Positions 1 to 13,360 of a stretch of 64,000 nucleotides of DNA are shown here, in pieces; within the stretch, counting starts at the first letter, position 1, and each line of letters opens with the position of its first letter. Both the position numbers and the translations under genes were made by a program. This DNA comes from Takakia lepidozioides (Eukaryota > Plantae > Bryophyta). The DNA lies in the NCBI GenBank assembly GCA_030704615.1, contig CM060733.1, positions 41,726,001 through 41,790,000 of the forward strand, written 5' to 3'. Below the pieces are notes generated by a model. It searched no databases, was not told the DNA's origin, and saw nothing but the letters and a program-made list of their open reading frames with translations.

Positions 1-4
1 GGGG

Positions 5-1556
5 GCTCAAACAGTGTGCGTTGACGCACACTGTTTGAGCTGCCAGCTAATTGTGGTTGTACCTCAAAAGACATGCCCTATGTGGCCAATTTTAACATAA
101 AACAAACAATGAGAAGGGGGGCTCAAACAGTGCGCGTTGATGCACACTGTTTGAGCTGCCACTTAAGTGTGGATTCAGCCTATCCAAGATGCCATTTGTG
201 GTCGATTTTTACATGAATTAAACAACAAGATGGGGGGCTCAAACAGTGTGCGTTGATGCACGCTGTTTGAGCTGCCAGGATATTGTGGTTGAACCTCAAA
301 AGAGATGCCCTATGTGGCCAATTTTAACTTGAAACACACAATGAGAAGGGGGGCTCAAACAGTGTGCGTTGACGCACACTGTTTGAGCTGCCAGGATATT
401 GTGGTTGAACCTCAAAAGAGATGCCCTATGTGGCCGATTTTAACTTGAAACACACAATGAGAAGAAGGGCTCAAACAGTGTGCGTTGACGCACACTGTTT
501 GAGCTGCCAGTTAATTGTGGTTGTACCTCAAAAGACATGCCCTATGTGGCCGATTTTAACATGAAACAGACAAAAACAAGCGGGGCTCAAATAGTGTACG
601 TTGACGCACACTTTTTGAGCTGCCACTTAAGTGTAGATTCAGCCCGTCCAAGATGCCATTTGTGGTCGATTTTTACAAGAATTAAACAACGAGATGGGGG
701 GCTCAAAGAGTGTGCGTTGACGCACACTGTTTGAGCTGCCAGGTACTTGTGGTTGAACCTCAAAACAAATGCCCTAAGATTGCAAATTTGGACATGAAAC
801 AAACAATGAGAAGCGGGGCTCAAACAGTGTGCGTTGACGCACACTGTTTGAGCTTCCAGGCAAGTGTGGATTCAAACTGCCTGAGTGGCCCTGTGTGCAC
901 GATTTCCGCACCAAAAACCAAGGAAAAAGGGGGGGCTAAAACGTTGTGCGTTGATGCACACTGTTTGAGCTGCCACGTAAGTTTGGATTGAACCTGACAG
1001 AGATGCCCTTTGTGGCCGATTTTAACATGAAAACATTATGTCGAGTGGGGGCTCAAACAGTGTGCGTTGCCGCACACTGTTTGAGCTTCCAAGTGGGGGT
1101 GGAATGAACCTTACAGAAAGGCCCCTGTGTGCACAATTTTGATATAAAAAAAAGAATGAGAAGGGGGGCTCAAACAGTGTGCGTTGCTGCACACTGTTTG
1201 AGCTTCCAAATAGTGGAGGATTGAACCAGACAGACATGCCCGTTTTGGGGCCGATTTTCGTATCAAAAAACAAGCACAAAGTTGGGGCTCAAGCGGTCGG
1301 CGTTGCCACACACTGTTTGTGCTTCTTAATACGGGTGGATTGAACCAGAGAGAGATGCCGTATGTAGGCAATTTTCATATAAAAAATACAAGCACAATTG
1401 GGGTCTGAAACTGTGTGCGTTGCCGCACACTGATTGACATTCCAGTCAGTGGTGAATTGAACCAGACAGAGAGGCCCAAAGTGGCCGATTTTCACATCAA
1501 AAATGAAGCACATATGTGGGTCTCAAGCAGTGTGCGTTGCCGCACTCTGTTTGAGC
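5..1556. repeat. Tandem array of 14 units (period 116-119 bp), each with a 36-bp palindromic core; may continue off the left edge
   Basis: Core GCTCAAACAGTGTGCGT-TG-ACGCACACTGTTTGAGC (17-bp arms) starts at 5, 121, 237, 353, 469, 585, 701, 818, 935, 1051, 1168, 1287, ~1404 and 1521. The ~80-bp linkers are mutually homologous and decay rightwards. Confidence 0.95.
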
Positions 1557-2858
1557 TTCCAAGTAGGTTTGGACATCACTTGTACCTTTTTCTTGGCTGC
1601 TCCAGAAGACTCCCCAATTGTCGGAGACCCTTTGCGCTTTGGACTGCTCTCTACGCCGACCATGTTCTGGAGCATCTCCCCCATCCTCTTTTCCACTATC
1701 TGGTTCTTCGTGAGGCCAGCATCAACATCATCTTCGGCGTCCGTCTCTCCCTCGGATGCAGTCTCCTCCTCACCAATTCTTGGAAGTATGGCGGGCTGTT
1801 GTTCTTCTCCAGAATCTTGCTCTTCCATCGCCAGACTTTCCTCTTTGCCCTCTTCTTCCTCCTTTTCCTCTTCGTCTACTCTTTCCATCCTCATTCTATA
1901 TCTGGCTCTATTCTTGTCCCTAGTGCTCGTGAAGTATAATGACTTCCTTCTCTTCCTCCTCCATTGGAAACAAGGGCTCCCCACGCTGCCTCTAGAGCTC
2001 TCAAGTTTGACGTTTGCAACAAGGGTTGCTATGGCATGTAACCAAAATAAAAATTGGACATTGTTAACCGTATTTGGATGCGGGTGTTATCATTGTGTGT
2101 GAACGGAATTCATCCATTTCGGCGTCTTTGTATTATCCAAGAAATAAAGTGCTAGAAAAAAAGTACATCCGTTGCATGTACTTGTGATATATGTCAGATG
2201 TACTTCGCCGCCTGCCAATACATGGCAACCTTCTTGCATTCTTTCAAATTCGGAAGTGCCGTAGAAATTTAATGCTAAATCAATTTCGAGCAGTACTTGC
2301 AAATTCGCAATAATTGTTATGCTTCACATATGCATCCACGTGTGTTGTACTGCCTACCCTGTGGTTTGCATTTCGCCGTCACCGTCGCAATGGGGTCATT
2401 CGGTATAAAGGGTTGTGTCGGCAATGGTCATGTGTTGCACACATTCGTGCGAGGTGTCTCCCGGAGTGTCAGTGTTTGTGTTGTGCTCTTCTGGGACAGC
2501 ACAACCTCATTACATTCGGGGTCTTCCTGTTTACTGCTCTCCAGGGTTGTTGCCATCTTTCCATAATGGATGGTTTCATGTCATGTTCAGGGTTTGTTTT
2601 TCATCCAAATACAGCACGGCTTCTTGTGGCTTCTTGTCTTTGAAAACAGTTTTTCTGGTTGGTGTCTCTCAGTGTGGTTGTCTGCAAAGTTCGGTGCATG
2701 TCATTCCTACATCCTTTGCATGCATCGCCTGCAGTCTTTGGGTTAGTGCTACACTTATTGACCTCAGTTTGTTTGTGGTGGATCCCCTTTCGAGAATTAG
2801 GGGCTATCAGTTCGGGGATTCCGTTGTGAATCGCAACTTTCGGTCAGTGTAGGAAAAC

Positions 2859-3634
2859 ATGTCGAGGGAGCGAGATAGACTCGCTCGATTTCATTCCAAT
2901 GCAGGTAGTCTTCCACTGATTGCCACTGCAGACAACGATGGGTTTGCAGTTGTTCATGAAGATGAGCTGGTTATAGTGTTCCCGCTGGAATTGGGTTCTC
3001 TGCTTGTTCAAAAAGAGGTGTATGACGAGGATGGGAATTTGAATTCTGGGCACTTGGAGAAACCGTTGGTTGGCGAGTGTGGAAGGAAGTGGAGAGTCCT
3101 TCCAGGCACATACCGTGTCCTTGGAAAAGAGAGAAGACAATCAGCAGGATCAGTAGTTACCCCTGACACTGCAGCATCGGTCGTGCAGCAGAAGGGCACA
3201 GTTCATGTGAAACAAGAGGTGAGCACATCCACTACATTCGTGACTCTTTCAGACTCGTCCTTGGAGGATGATTCTGAGATTCCTCCGCCAGTGCAGACTC
3301 CATTCTTGGATGATGACGAATTGCAGGAGATAACGAGTGTCATTCCAAAATTGAAAGCCCTCGCAGGGGTGCCTGGGTGCAAGAGCGAGTTGCGTTTTGT
3401 TGATTGGGAGTCCCTTCGTGTGCAGCGGGTTCAATACTGCTAGCAAAGTTTGATGGGGACATCTTGTTTGAGCTCAACCCTCCCACGTCTTCTTGTGGAC
3501 TGGCTGGGCTTTTGCAGGGCATGGACAAGAAACATGACGGACACCCTTGGTGCAGGACAAAAACGTCGAACATCCATAACGACATTGGATTGAAATTTCG
3601 AAGGTCGGTTTGCGTTGGGCATTGCAAGTATCAA
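2859..3634 (+). pseudogene. Truncated, frameshifted gene with a GCM-like Cys/His region, probably DNA-transposon associated
   Basis: ORF 2859-3443 shifts frame near 3440 into KFDGDILFELNPP...GMDKKHDGHPWCRTKTSNIHNDIGLKFRRSVCVGH, then is cut by a retroelement fragment. Family call is from memory of the motif. Confidence 0.45.
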
Positions 3635-4030
3635 TAGGCTTTTGAGGAACTTACATTGTAAGTAACAACTACACCTGTGCTGATTAACCCTCACTGGCAT
3701 GTAGTATTTCATGTTCACTGTGATGCCTCAGGAGAAGCGTTGGGAGCGGTGTTAGCCCAGAAAGTTACAGGAAATATAGATTCACCTGTGTACTATGCTA
3801 GCAGGTTGATAAATAGTTCTGAAAGGAACTATAGCACAACTGAAAGAGAAGCACTGGCAATGATTTATGCAGTCAAGAAATTCAGGCATTACCTATTGGG
3901 AAGAAAGTTTATGTTTTATGTGGATCACCAGGCTCTGATATATCTGGTGAACAAACCTTTGATAAGTGGAAGGATAGCGAGGTGGTTAATAATCTTGCAC
4001 GAGTTTGAGTTCAAAGTTGTTTTGCGTATG
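3635..4030 (+). mobile_element. Ty3/gypsy RT-connection/RNase H fragment
   Basis: FHVHCDASGEALGAVLAQ...VYYASR...ERNYSTTEREALAMIYAVKKFRHYLLG...VDHQAL...RIARW. Confidence 0.92.
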
Positions 4031-4549
4031 GAATGGGCCGCAACATGCCATTATGGCAGTTTCAGGCGGCAGCTCACCACCACCTTCACCCGCCACAATG
4101 TCATGTTGCGGCCCATTCCATAGTACATACGGACTAGGCCGTAGCTTATTTGAATGGCCAAGCACCTAGGGTCATAAGGCCATATAACAGTATGGGGCCA
4201 TCAAAATACAAGTGATGAAGTCCTCTCAAGTAGAATAAGGTCATAATAAGACAAGGAGATCCTAATCCTGCCGCCCCTAGATGATATATAAAAGAGGGGA
4301 GGTTTGTGCTCTGCGTGGCCTCTCCTGCATCCAACTTACTATTTAATATGTAGGGCCTCCACTAAAAGATGGAAACATATACCATCACTAAATCATATAC
4401 CACCTCAAATAGATGTGTACCTTAGATACTAGAATAGCGGTCCCAATATGGATGTGGCTTGATTTTATTGCAAGCATATGAGCTGACGGGTACGGCCCGC
4501 GAGGTACAGCCGGGGAACCCCGCTCCGGCAGCCTCGTCGGCGAGCTGGA

Positions 4550-6300
4550 AGCCCCATGTCAAATCATCCCCACCCCCCTCCGACTCCTCCGCCCGTTGCC
4601 CCGCCCGCTGCACCCCGCGCCCCCTGACCCCCCGAGCCCGCCCGCCTGGGACCCCTGACCCCCGCCCCACCGCTGGCCGCGTGGCGCCCCACAGCACCGC
4701 CCGATCTCCAGCCACGTGGCGGCCCACCGTTGTGGATCCCCTCACTGGGATGATCCCCCTTCCAGTGCCAGAGTGATCCCCCACCCCCATCTCCAGCCAC
4801 GTGGCGCTACCCATGAACCGTCGATCCCCTCCCCATCCATCCAACCTCAATTAAATGGATGACGGCCGGATGAAGGCCCCATGACGTGCCCATCGCCACG
4901 TGGCACTCCTGCCGTCGATCCCCTCCTCCCATCCACGGCGCGCTCCCCGAGACGTCGCCGCTCCCCCCGACGCGCCTTGATCCCCCTTCCGGACCGGGAG
5001 TGATCCCCCAACCCTAATCGCCCACCACGTGCTACTCCCCCGGACCGTCGATCCACTGCGCATCCATCCGACCTCACAAACAATGGATGTTGTGTGTCAT
5101 CCGCCCCTCTTCCCCCCGCCATCCTCCCGCTCCCCCCACCGTCGATCCCCTTTTCCCATCGACGGCCCGATCCCCCGACACGTCGCCGCCCCCCCCCCCC
5201 CCCCCCTCCGTTGATCCCCCGTCCAATGCGGTGTCTGATCCCCCTCCACCCATCGGACGGCACATGGCGCTCCCCCACCACCGATCCCCTCCTCCCATCC
5301 ATGGCGTGATCCCCTGACACGTCGCCACTCCCCCTGACCTGGCTTGATCCCCACTCCGGACCCGCAGTGACCCCCCACCCCTAATTGCCCGCCACGTGCT
5401 GCTCTCCCGAACCGTCGATCCCCTGCTCATCCACCCAACCTCAAAACAATGGATGTTCTGGGTCATCTGCCCCTCATCCCCCCGCCATCCTCCTGCGCAG
5501 TGGATGGACGACGGCTGGATGAAGGGCCCATGGCACGCCCGCCGCCACGTGGCGCTCCCCTCCCCGCCGTCGATCCCCTCATCCCATCGGAGGCGCGATC
5601 CCCCACAACTAGGTTGATCCCCCGTCCAGGGCGGGAGTGATCCCCCACTCCCAATCGTGCGCCACGTGGTTCTCCTTGAACCGTTGATCCCCTGCGCATC
5701 AATCTTACTTACAACCACTGCCGTTCACAGTGACACGCCGCCACGTCGCAATCCCCTCCGCCGTCGATCTCTCCAACGATTAGAGGCCTGATCCCCCGAC
5801 CCCAGGCGCGGTCCCCCGGGCCTTCGACCATGGACGGCGCAATCCCCGCGCTGTCGCTCTCCCCGCCTCGATTGATCCCCTCCTCCAATTCGGGGACTGA
5901 TCCCCCTCCCCACATTTTCCGCCACGTGCTGCTCCACTGTGCCCTCCATGACACGTGGGCCACGTCGCGGTCCCCTCGTCGTCCCCCCCCCCCCCCCCCC
6001 CCCCCGCCGCGCCGTCCATCCCCCTCGACCGCATGCCGGCACCCCAATGTCGATCCATTCCCGATCCCCTGCTCCCCCCAGGGACTCATCCCACTTGGCC
6101 CTCTTCAACGTGATGTGGGCCCCCCCCCCCCCCCCCCCCGTCGTCCGATAGTTTTGCGCGATGGTCCACTGCGTGGCGCTCCCCCGGTCGTCCATCCCCC
6201 TCCCTGGTCTTGCCGCCGATCTCCTGCTTTGATCCCCCTTCGACCGATCCCCCAATCCCTTCCATTTCCAACGGTGGGTATCGCACCACGTGGACCTGCA
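4550..6300. repeat. C-rich degenerate repeat tract with recurrent GATCCCC and CACGTG motifs and long C runs
   Basis: Dozens of (T/C)GATCCCC motifs, internal duplications (e.g. ~4850-5100 vs ~5500-5710), poly-C runs near 5189-5206, 5983-6005 and 6120-6139. Confidence 0.75.
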
Positions 6301-6491
6301 TGTGCTGTTCACTTCGTCGTGGAGGTAGAGTTCTTCATCTGGATTGAGCGAGGGTTTCCAGCTGTCGTGCTTGTTCGTGCTCCTGCTTTGATGGGCTTGG
6401 GATGACCTGCCAGGGCCTCAATCGTGTGCGCTCTACGGCATTTGTGATTCTCTTGCGACTCACGTCTTGCATACAATGTGTGCATGGGGTT

Positions 6492-6515
6492 TTCTTCTTC
6501 TTCTTCTTCTTCTTC
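6492..6515 (+). repeat. (TTC)8 microsatellite
   Basis: Read directly from the sequence. Confidence 0.9.
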
Positions 6516-7450
6516 TTTTGTTGTTCTTTCTTGTTTGTTGTTTTTTGTTTTTCAGCCTCAACTTCATGTTTGTTTTTTCATACTACTTACCTTGCTAGAT
6601 TCAAATGTGAACATCTGTGTGTTGCAGAATCGAACATGGTTGGGTATCGAGCAGCTGAATAGGATTGATGGAGGTTGGAGAGTCCAAGATGGTTGTATAC
6701 CGGCCAGCGCATAATGTATGCACTTATAGGGATTTCTTTTTTGACCTAGCATGGTGTTTTACTTGTCCTACACAACGGTCTCTTCTCATGTTCCCTGCCC
6801 CTGCAGTTTTGATCCCCTTCCTCTCATGAGTTGTCTCCCTCCTTGAATCCGTCACTTGCAAACCCCCAAACATCCAATCCCTCCCGAGTTTTTGCTCCCC
6901 CACTGTCTGGTCCCCCCCCCCGCCGCTCCCCATGTCTTCGCTGCCCACGTGTCACCTCCCTGACCACAAAATCGCCATGCATGTCATATCCAGTACTCTC
7001 CGCACATGTCAGCTCCCCTCTACTAACATCCCCCCACGTGTCTGGTCCCCCTACTTTGATCCACATGTTCTAGGAGTGGCTAGGGGTTCGCTCCCCCTTC
7101 ACATCTCCCCATGCCTACTCCCTCTTATGACCGCCCAGATCTCCCCACGTGTCGACATCAGTGATCCCCACTTTGGTGATGCTGCCACGTGTCCATCGAC
7201 TGATCCCCTGCTCCCCCACGTGTCCGCTCCCCTAGGTACACTGCACGTGCGGAATGTCTTCCTCGCGAAGCTACTCTTTGGTGGCGGCTCTTCGTTGTGG
7301 GTTTTCAACTGCTCTACTCATATCCTCTTTGTTGTCTATGCTGTGTGTTTTCCTTTTGTTCGTTGCAATCCGTGTGCTCTTCCTTGTTTTCTCTGGCTTC
7401 TATTCCTTGCTTTTTATTTTCTGTATTTCGGCGTCGTGTGCTCGTTGCCG

Positions 7451-10400
7451 ATGGCGAAGACTAGGCCTAAGGTTGTTCTCATTGAGGATGGTATGCTGGT
7501 TTTTTGGCACAAGCCTAAGAAAGGGGACGAGGTTCTTTTCTGGTATACGCCAACTGAGTGGGAGGAGATGATAGTGGAGACAGAGGCGGACCTCAGAGTT
7601 CGTGATGGCGCAAAACAAAGGAATCCCTATAAGTGCAAGTTTTGTGGGCGGCCCATGAAGGATAAGGTTAGGTTGAATAGGCATGTCATTGATGGGGAGG
7701 GTTGTCCTTGGTTGAACATGTTGGATGGTTGGGACGAGGTTGAGTTGCCACTAAAACCCTAGCCCGCTGCCGAGTTCCCGAAGCAGGTTACTCATTTTGT
7801 GGAGAGGTTGAGAGGGTGTACAAACCCCGAAGCGTGGCGCATACCAGGAGACAACGTGTCCCCTAATGATCGGCAGCAACAGCCCAAAGGAGCAAGAAAA
7901 CGGAAGCCTGATGCACCTGCACCGTCACAAGTGGCTGCCCCTTACAAGAGGAGTAGCCGTAGTGGGTCCGACACGGATTTTGAGCGCACCAAACCAAAGA
8001 AGGGGGCAAAAAAGGTTAAGATTGTTACTACTTTACCCTCCGCCCGTGAGAGACAAGCCAAAGTGCGGCCTAAACTCGCTGTCACTTGGAGTAGAAAGCC
8101 AAAGAAAAAGTATCCCTACAGCCGTGAGCAGCCAGCAACAGAAATGGGGGGGATCGGACACAAAGTCAGGGGGGCCAATCTGGAAAACATCGAAGACACG
8201 CAGATGTGGGGGAGCAGACTACTCAGGATGACGAGGGGGAGCAAACCACTCATCAGGACGAGGGGGAGCAGCCTGGGAGTTCGGGGCCTCTTGCAAGGGA
8301 TGGGGCCATGGACATCGACCACGACACACCGCACCCGATCACTCCTGCTGGAACATTTATACTCGTGCAACATGGACTTCTCCCTTCCAATTTTGCTGAC
8401 CAGAATGATGATAGATTCTGGGATGCATTTGTGGATTTTGCATGGAGTGGAGGGTTTGCAATGCGAGTGGAGAGGGCTGAACACCGCTGGAGAAGATGGC
8501 TTCTACAAGAACAGGTTTGCTTCACCCCCCAATCTCCTTTTGAGTTTATGGCCATCTGCTCCCCCCAATAGTTTACCAGGATTGCCCCCAGTTTGTAAAT
8601 GCTCATTTTGTGTTGCATTTTTGTCTGCAGATCAATGCTTCCGTGGGAGGAATTGAGGCTGTGCGGAAATCAGTGAGGGCATGGAGCACCTGCAAAGACG
8701 GCGTTCCCTGTGCTCTATCCATTGGGCTGGAGTTGGAAGATTTTGAGAGCTACCTTGTGGGAAAGATGAGTACTCCTATCGTAACACCCTCCTGTCCGGT
8801 GAATGTTGTTCCCCCCATCATGCCTATCTCTACTCCCCCTTCATCGTCTACCCCTCCCCACCCCCCCGCATCTACTGCAAACAGGTCTGCTCGCCCCATA
8901 TCAGGTCCCCCCACGTCATGTCCCCCTTGCACCGTTCCCCCCTCTTCTGCTCCCTCGACTTCTTTCAGGTCTGCTCCCCCCTCTGCTGCTCCCTCCTCTT
9001 CTGCTCCCCCCTCATCTGTAGATCTCCAGTTTGATATTGTTGAACTATTGCTGGAGGAGCAGGACGTTTGACGTCTGCTTCCTGAATTCCCTCTCCTAAG
9101 AACTGTCGAGGAATCTGAAGCCATTGTCACCTGGCTGAAACGTCAATGTCCAGCCCGACTGCCTCCGGTCCCTGTTCCCCTCCAAGTTTTTTCTACCATG
9201 GACCCTCGACCGCCTGTTTCACACTTGTATCATTTGGCCGATTTAAGACACGACATCTGCCCCAGTCATATCATGATGCTTTTTGCACCGCAGACTGCTC
9301 ACAACTGCCCTACCATGGATTTTGGACGTTTGGGAATTTTCAGAATCAGGAGAGTATGTTGAAAGAAGTGCTCCTGGCAGAGGGTCAGCTTAGATATGGT
9401 ACAATGCAGGACAAAATGCAGATCGTCGACTCCTGCCGAGCATTTCTTCGCATGGTGCGTGCCCGAGCGTTTCATGAATTTGCAGCAACGGAAACCGCCC
9501 ACTTCCAAGTTTTGTGGTGCAAGGGCAACGATGCCAAAGGGATACGACGTGTAGCCAGGGCCTGGGAGGATCTATTGTTTAGGCGGGAGCACATTGATTT
9601 GGGACGCTATGTGCATCTTTTGAGTGAGTGCATGTTTTGCCTCTCCAACAGTCTGTCATTGTGAAGATCAGAATTGGAATAGATAAATGGGGGAGCAGAC
9701 TTTACAGTCGGGGATCGGGGGATCACGGGATCACGGGGGTCAAAGCTAAGACACAAGCGCTTGTCTCTGTGATAGGTGAGGCTGAGGCAGCTGATGTTGG
9801 AGTTCAAAATGCCACGGAGGAGGTCTTACGAGCAAACAAGGTGTTGTTGGCGTGAAGACATGAACTATACGACCGACGAGTGTCACCACCCCTCACCTTT
9901 CCCACATCGACGTGGACGCCTTCAATTCATCACAGTTGTCCCACCATGCATCGCAGATGGCGTCGCCAACACCCTCACAGGTTGAAGACCTTCAAGTGCC
10001 TCATACAAAGACTTTTCAAGTGGAATCTCCGACGGCAGGTTTCTACACACCCATTGCGGAAGTTGATGTCAATCCCATCCCCTCTCATACTGTTCTGCCT
10101 CACAGTCTTCTTTTAGACTCCCCAAGGGAATATTCCATTGCCCTCGCTATCTTTGCTGCCCCCGCCTCTTCTCCCCTTCCTATCACTGATCGCTCCCAAG
10201 GAGCGGCCCTCCTCTCTGCTACCCTCTCTGTCTCTGCTGCCCCACCATGTGATGTCCCCGCCGCTGCTCCCCTTCAAATCTGTGAACCCGCACCAGGTGC
10301 TACCCTCCTCTCCCCCCCCCCCCCCCCCGCTGTGTCTGCCGCCCTCTCTGCGACTCCTCCCCAACCATGCGGTCCCCCCGCCTCTGCACTTCTTCCATTA

Positions 10401-12766
10401 TCTGCTCCCCCAAAAGTGGCTACCCTCGTCTCACCGCATGCTATCCCATCGGACTCATCTCCCTCCTCGCATGAGATTTCTTTTTGTGCTCCCCTCTCAT
10501 CTGGTACTGCTTTAGTGTGTATCACTGCTCCCACCCTTTCTGATCTCCCTTTAGCCCTGGCAGCCCCCACCTCTACTCCCGATTTTTTGTGTGCTCCCCC
10601 AGATCTGTCTTCTACGAAGCATGCATCCGTGTGTGACCGTGGTCCCCCCCTGTCTACCCCTGACTTCCACTCTTCTTCCCCACATCTGTCTGCTCTCTTG
10701 CATGCTACCATGACTCCCTTTGGTCCCCCCCTGAGTGCTCCATCACCCGAGGTGTCCTCCCCCAACGTTGTTCCCGATGTCATGCCTGCTCCCCTCCATG
10801 TATATGCTATGTCGCGGGCTGCTGTGTCTCTCTGTGATCCTTCACTCTCTGCCCTTGTCCAATCACCTCTTTCAACTCATCCCGAGTCTGTGTGTACTTC
10901 CCACGTGGAGAGGGAGGATGTGCCAAGAATGGTGGATCCAACTACCAAGTCCAGCAGATTTGCAGCTGTTTCCAATCCTCTGCCGACGACACAGGTTGAG
11001 GTTATTTCAACGTTGGTGACCCCTGAACGCCAGTCATTGGCAGGGAACACTGAATTGGCAACGGAGGGGTTTGTTCCGCCCATGTCAGTTTTCCCAGGTG
11101 CACCCCCGTATCATGCACAGGCCATCCCGTTGTTATCCGCACTCACAGATAGTCTGGTCTCCCCCACAGCAGAGTGCTTACTCCAGCCCCCTGGTACTGC
11201 TCCCATCGCTTCCACAGATCCTTGGAATATTGAATTGGGGGTCACCCCTGGCTCCACATTCACCACGGGTCTGACGGTGCCTGCGCCTATGGTTTCTGCT
11301 CCAACCCCCTTGCACAAGGGTTTGACCTCTGGCAAACCATCATCTGGCCAAGTAGCAGGTCAAACACGGCATAGGGTTGCTGCAAAAACTTCGGGACGCC
11401 AATTGAACCTGCAGGGCATGGAGCAGGTGGATCAGAAAGAAACAAAGGATAAGGGGAAGGAGAAGGAACACATGAAGGGCAAGGGGGAGCAGATCGGAGA
11501 GGGGATCGGCAAGTGGAAGCAAAGACCCCCGAAGGATGAGGGGGAGCCGAAGCGTGCGCAAAAAATACGGGTGACAATGCGGGGGAGGGAGGAGAACCGT
11601 GCTGCTGAGGGGGAAGGTAAAGCTATCACCAAAACAGGGAAGAAACGGAAGGCAAAATCTGGATGGCCAGAAGTGACTTAGTAAGTGGGCCAGGGCTTCC
11701 AACGACCAAGGGGGGACCAAATTCATGGTGAGTACATTCAGCAGGGCTTATACGCGTGATAGGGGGATGATATGGTTGCTTGAAAACACCCTTAACAGCT
11801 AATTGTCTGTCTGTGTGACTTCGTGAACTTGTGTACAATGCAGAAACCATAATAGACTGAGGGAAAAGCTCCCTGAGGACAAGGGCTGCCTTGTTTTCTT
11901 CAAAGGCACTCCACAGGAGTCCATTCTGGGTTCATGGGATTATCTATGGTGTCAAAATTGTATGGGGAAGCGGGGGATGGAGGGGTGTTTTTGTATACCA
12001 ATATTTTGCAGCTATCCCTGGAGGAGAGTAATCGTTGCTGGTGGGCTGTGATGGACACACTGATATGGACGGCTTTGGAGGCATCATCCAAGGACGACCT
12101 TCACAGGATTTCCAAAGGGCTTGTAAATGATTGGGTAACTGAGAAGTGCCTAGGGAAGGATCCAGATAAGGTTCAGACATGGTTCGTCCCCTTATGCTCT
12201 AGGTACGTCCCTCAATCCTCCTATTTTGCAGCTTTGACCGACTTTGATTTGATTTGGAGAATGGAAAGCATTAGTGGTGTCTGCACACATGTGCGTTCTG
12301 CAGGGGCCATTGGAGTTTGATGGTTTTTGATAAGTCCAAGTTTGTTCATCTGAATTCCATGACATCATTCAAATCCCATAGCCGACTTGCCTTTGAAACG
12401 CGTCTTCGCACTTTTAGAGCATACCTACACAAAGCCAAACCGGACTCAATACTTTGGAATGAAATAATGGCATGGGAGTGGCTGGAACCTGAGGTGCCAC
12501 AACAACCAAGCGGCTGGGAGTGTGGCTACTTTGTAATGACTTTCATACAGAAATACTTGGAGACCAAAATCACAAAAAAATTGGGGGCAACTTTTACAGC
12601 AGATTGGCTTACATGTGAGTACGCAGTATCAAAGCAGGATTTTCTTTGTGGATGGATAGTGGATAATTGGGATGATGCAGATTTGCAGCGTAGACTGTCG
12701 CATGTGCATGCCTTAGATGCTGAGGATGTAGCTATTGTATCTCCATTCCCCACGAAAAAAAAATGA
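7451..12766 (+). pseudogene. Multi-exon transposon-type gene: N-terminal C2H2/C2HC-like finger, basic region, Pro/Ser-rich region, C-terminal Ulp1 (peptidase C48) domain
   Basis: ATG 7451, YKCKFCGRPMKDKVRLNRHVIDGEGC, in-frame TAG at 7760, frameshift near 8150, 589-aa Pro-rich ORF 9912-11681, then Ulp1 exons. Joining all pieces into one gene is inferred. Confidence 0.55.
11934..12766 (+). CDS. Ulp1/SUMO-protease-like catalytic domain in two exons (to 12202; 12304-12766)
   Basis: Removing the GT-AG intron 12203-12303 gives WFVPLCSRGHWSLMVFDKSKFVHLNSM...VPQQPSGWECGYFVM, with catalytic His, oxyanion Gln and Cys; Asn replaces the usual Asp. Confidence 0.85.
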
Positions 12767-12829
12767 AGCTTGTCCTCCTCTTTATAATCCTTTTGTGCCT
12801 TCTTTTGGCGTCCACTGTGTTGTGAAGGG

Positions 12830-13360
12830 GTGAAGGGGTGAGGGGATCCTTGAGGTGGATCAGACAAGCAAGGATGAGGGGGGGTCAGGGGGATCAGGGG
12901 ATCAGGTTTAGGGGGATCCCGGGATCAGGGGGCTCAGGTTTAGGGCAGTCGGGGGATGAGGGGATGAAGAAGACAAGGGATTGTATAAGGGGTTAGCGGG
13001 GATCGGGGAAGCAGGGGAACGGGCGGGAGATATCAGGGAACCAGGGGAGTGGCCGGGCAAATGAGGGGATCAGGGAACCAGGGGAACGGGTGGGGGAGAA
13101 TAGGGGATCAGGGAAGCAGGGGAATGGTTGGGGGATTAAGGGATTAGGGAAGCAGGGGAACCGGCCAGGAGAAGAGGGGATCAGGGAACCAGGGGGACGG
13201 GTGGGGACATCAGGAGATTAGGGAAGCAGAGGAACAGGCCGGGAGATGAGGGGATCATGGAGGGAATGTCGGGAGCTGGACGGGGGATAAGGGGATGAGG
13301 GGACCACGGGGTGACGGGATGAGTGACGGCAGGTTTCGAATCGGGGGATCGGGGGATTAC
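12830..13360. repeat. G-rich degenerate repeat tract (GGGGATC / AGGGAANCAGGGG units)
   Basis: Recurrent GGGGATCAGGG(G/A) motifs and two GGTTTAGGG motifs near 12905 and 12937. Confidence 0.8.

Noticed and set aside
537-1513. Short ORFs with repeated CVDAHCL motifs
   Set aside because: Translations of the palindromic repeat, appearing on both strands.
5-1556. CRISPR array
   Set aside because: The ~80-bp linkers are homologous to each other, no cas genes are present and the context is eukaryotic.
1523-1984. Acidic/basic 153-aa minus-strand ORF next to the array
   Set aside because: Low complexity with no motif; it may be an exon fragment but is unsupported.
4422-6405. Many overlapping Pro/Gly/Arg-rich ORFs
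   Set aside because: Expected from a GC-rich low-complexity tract; no domain recognised.
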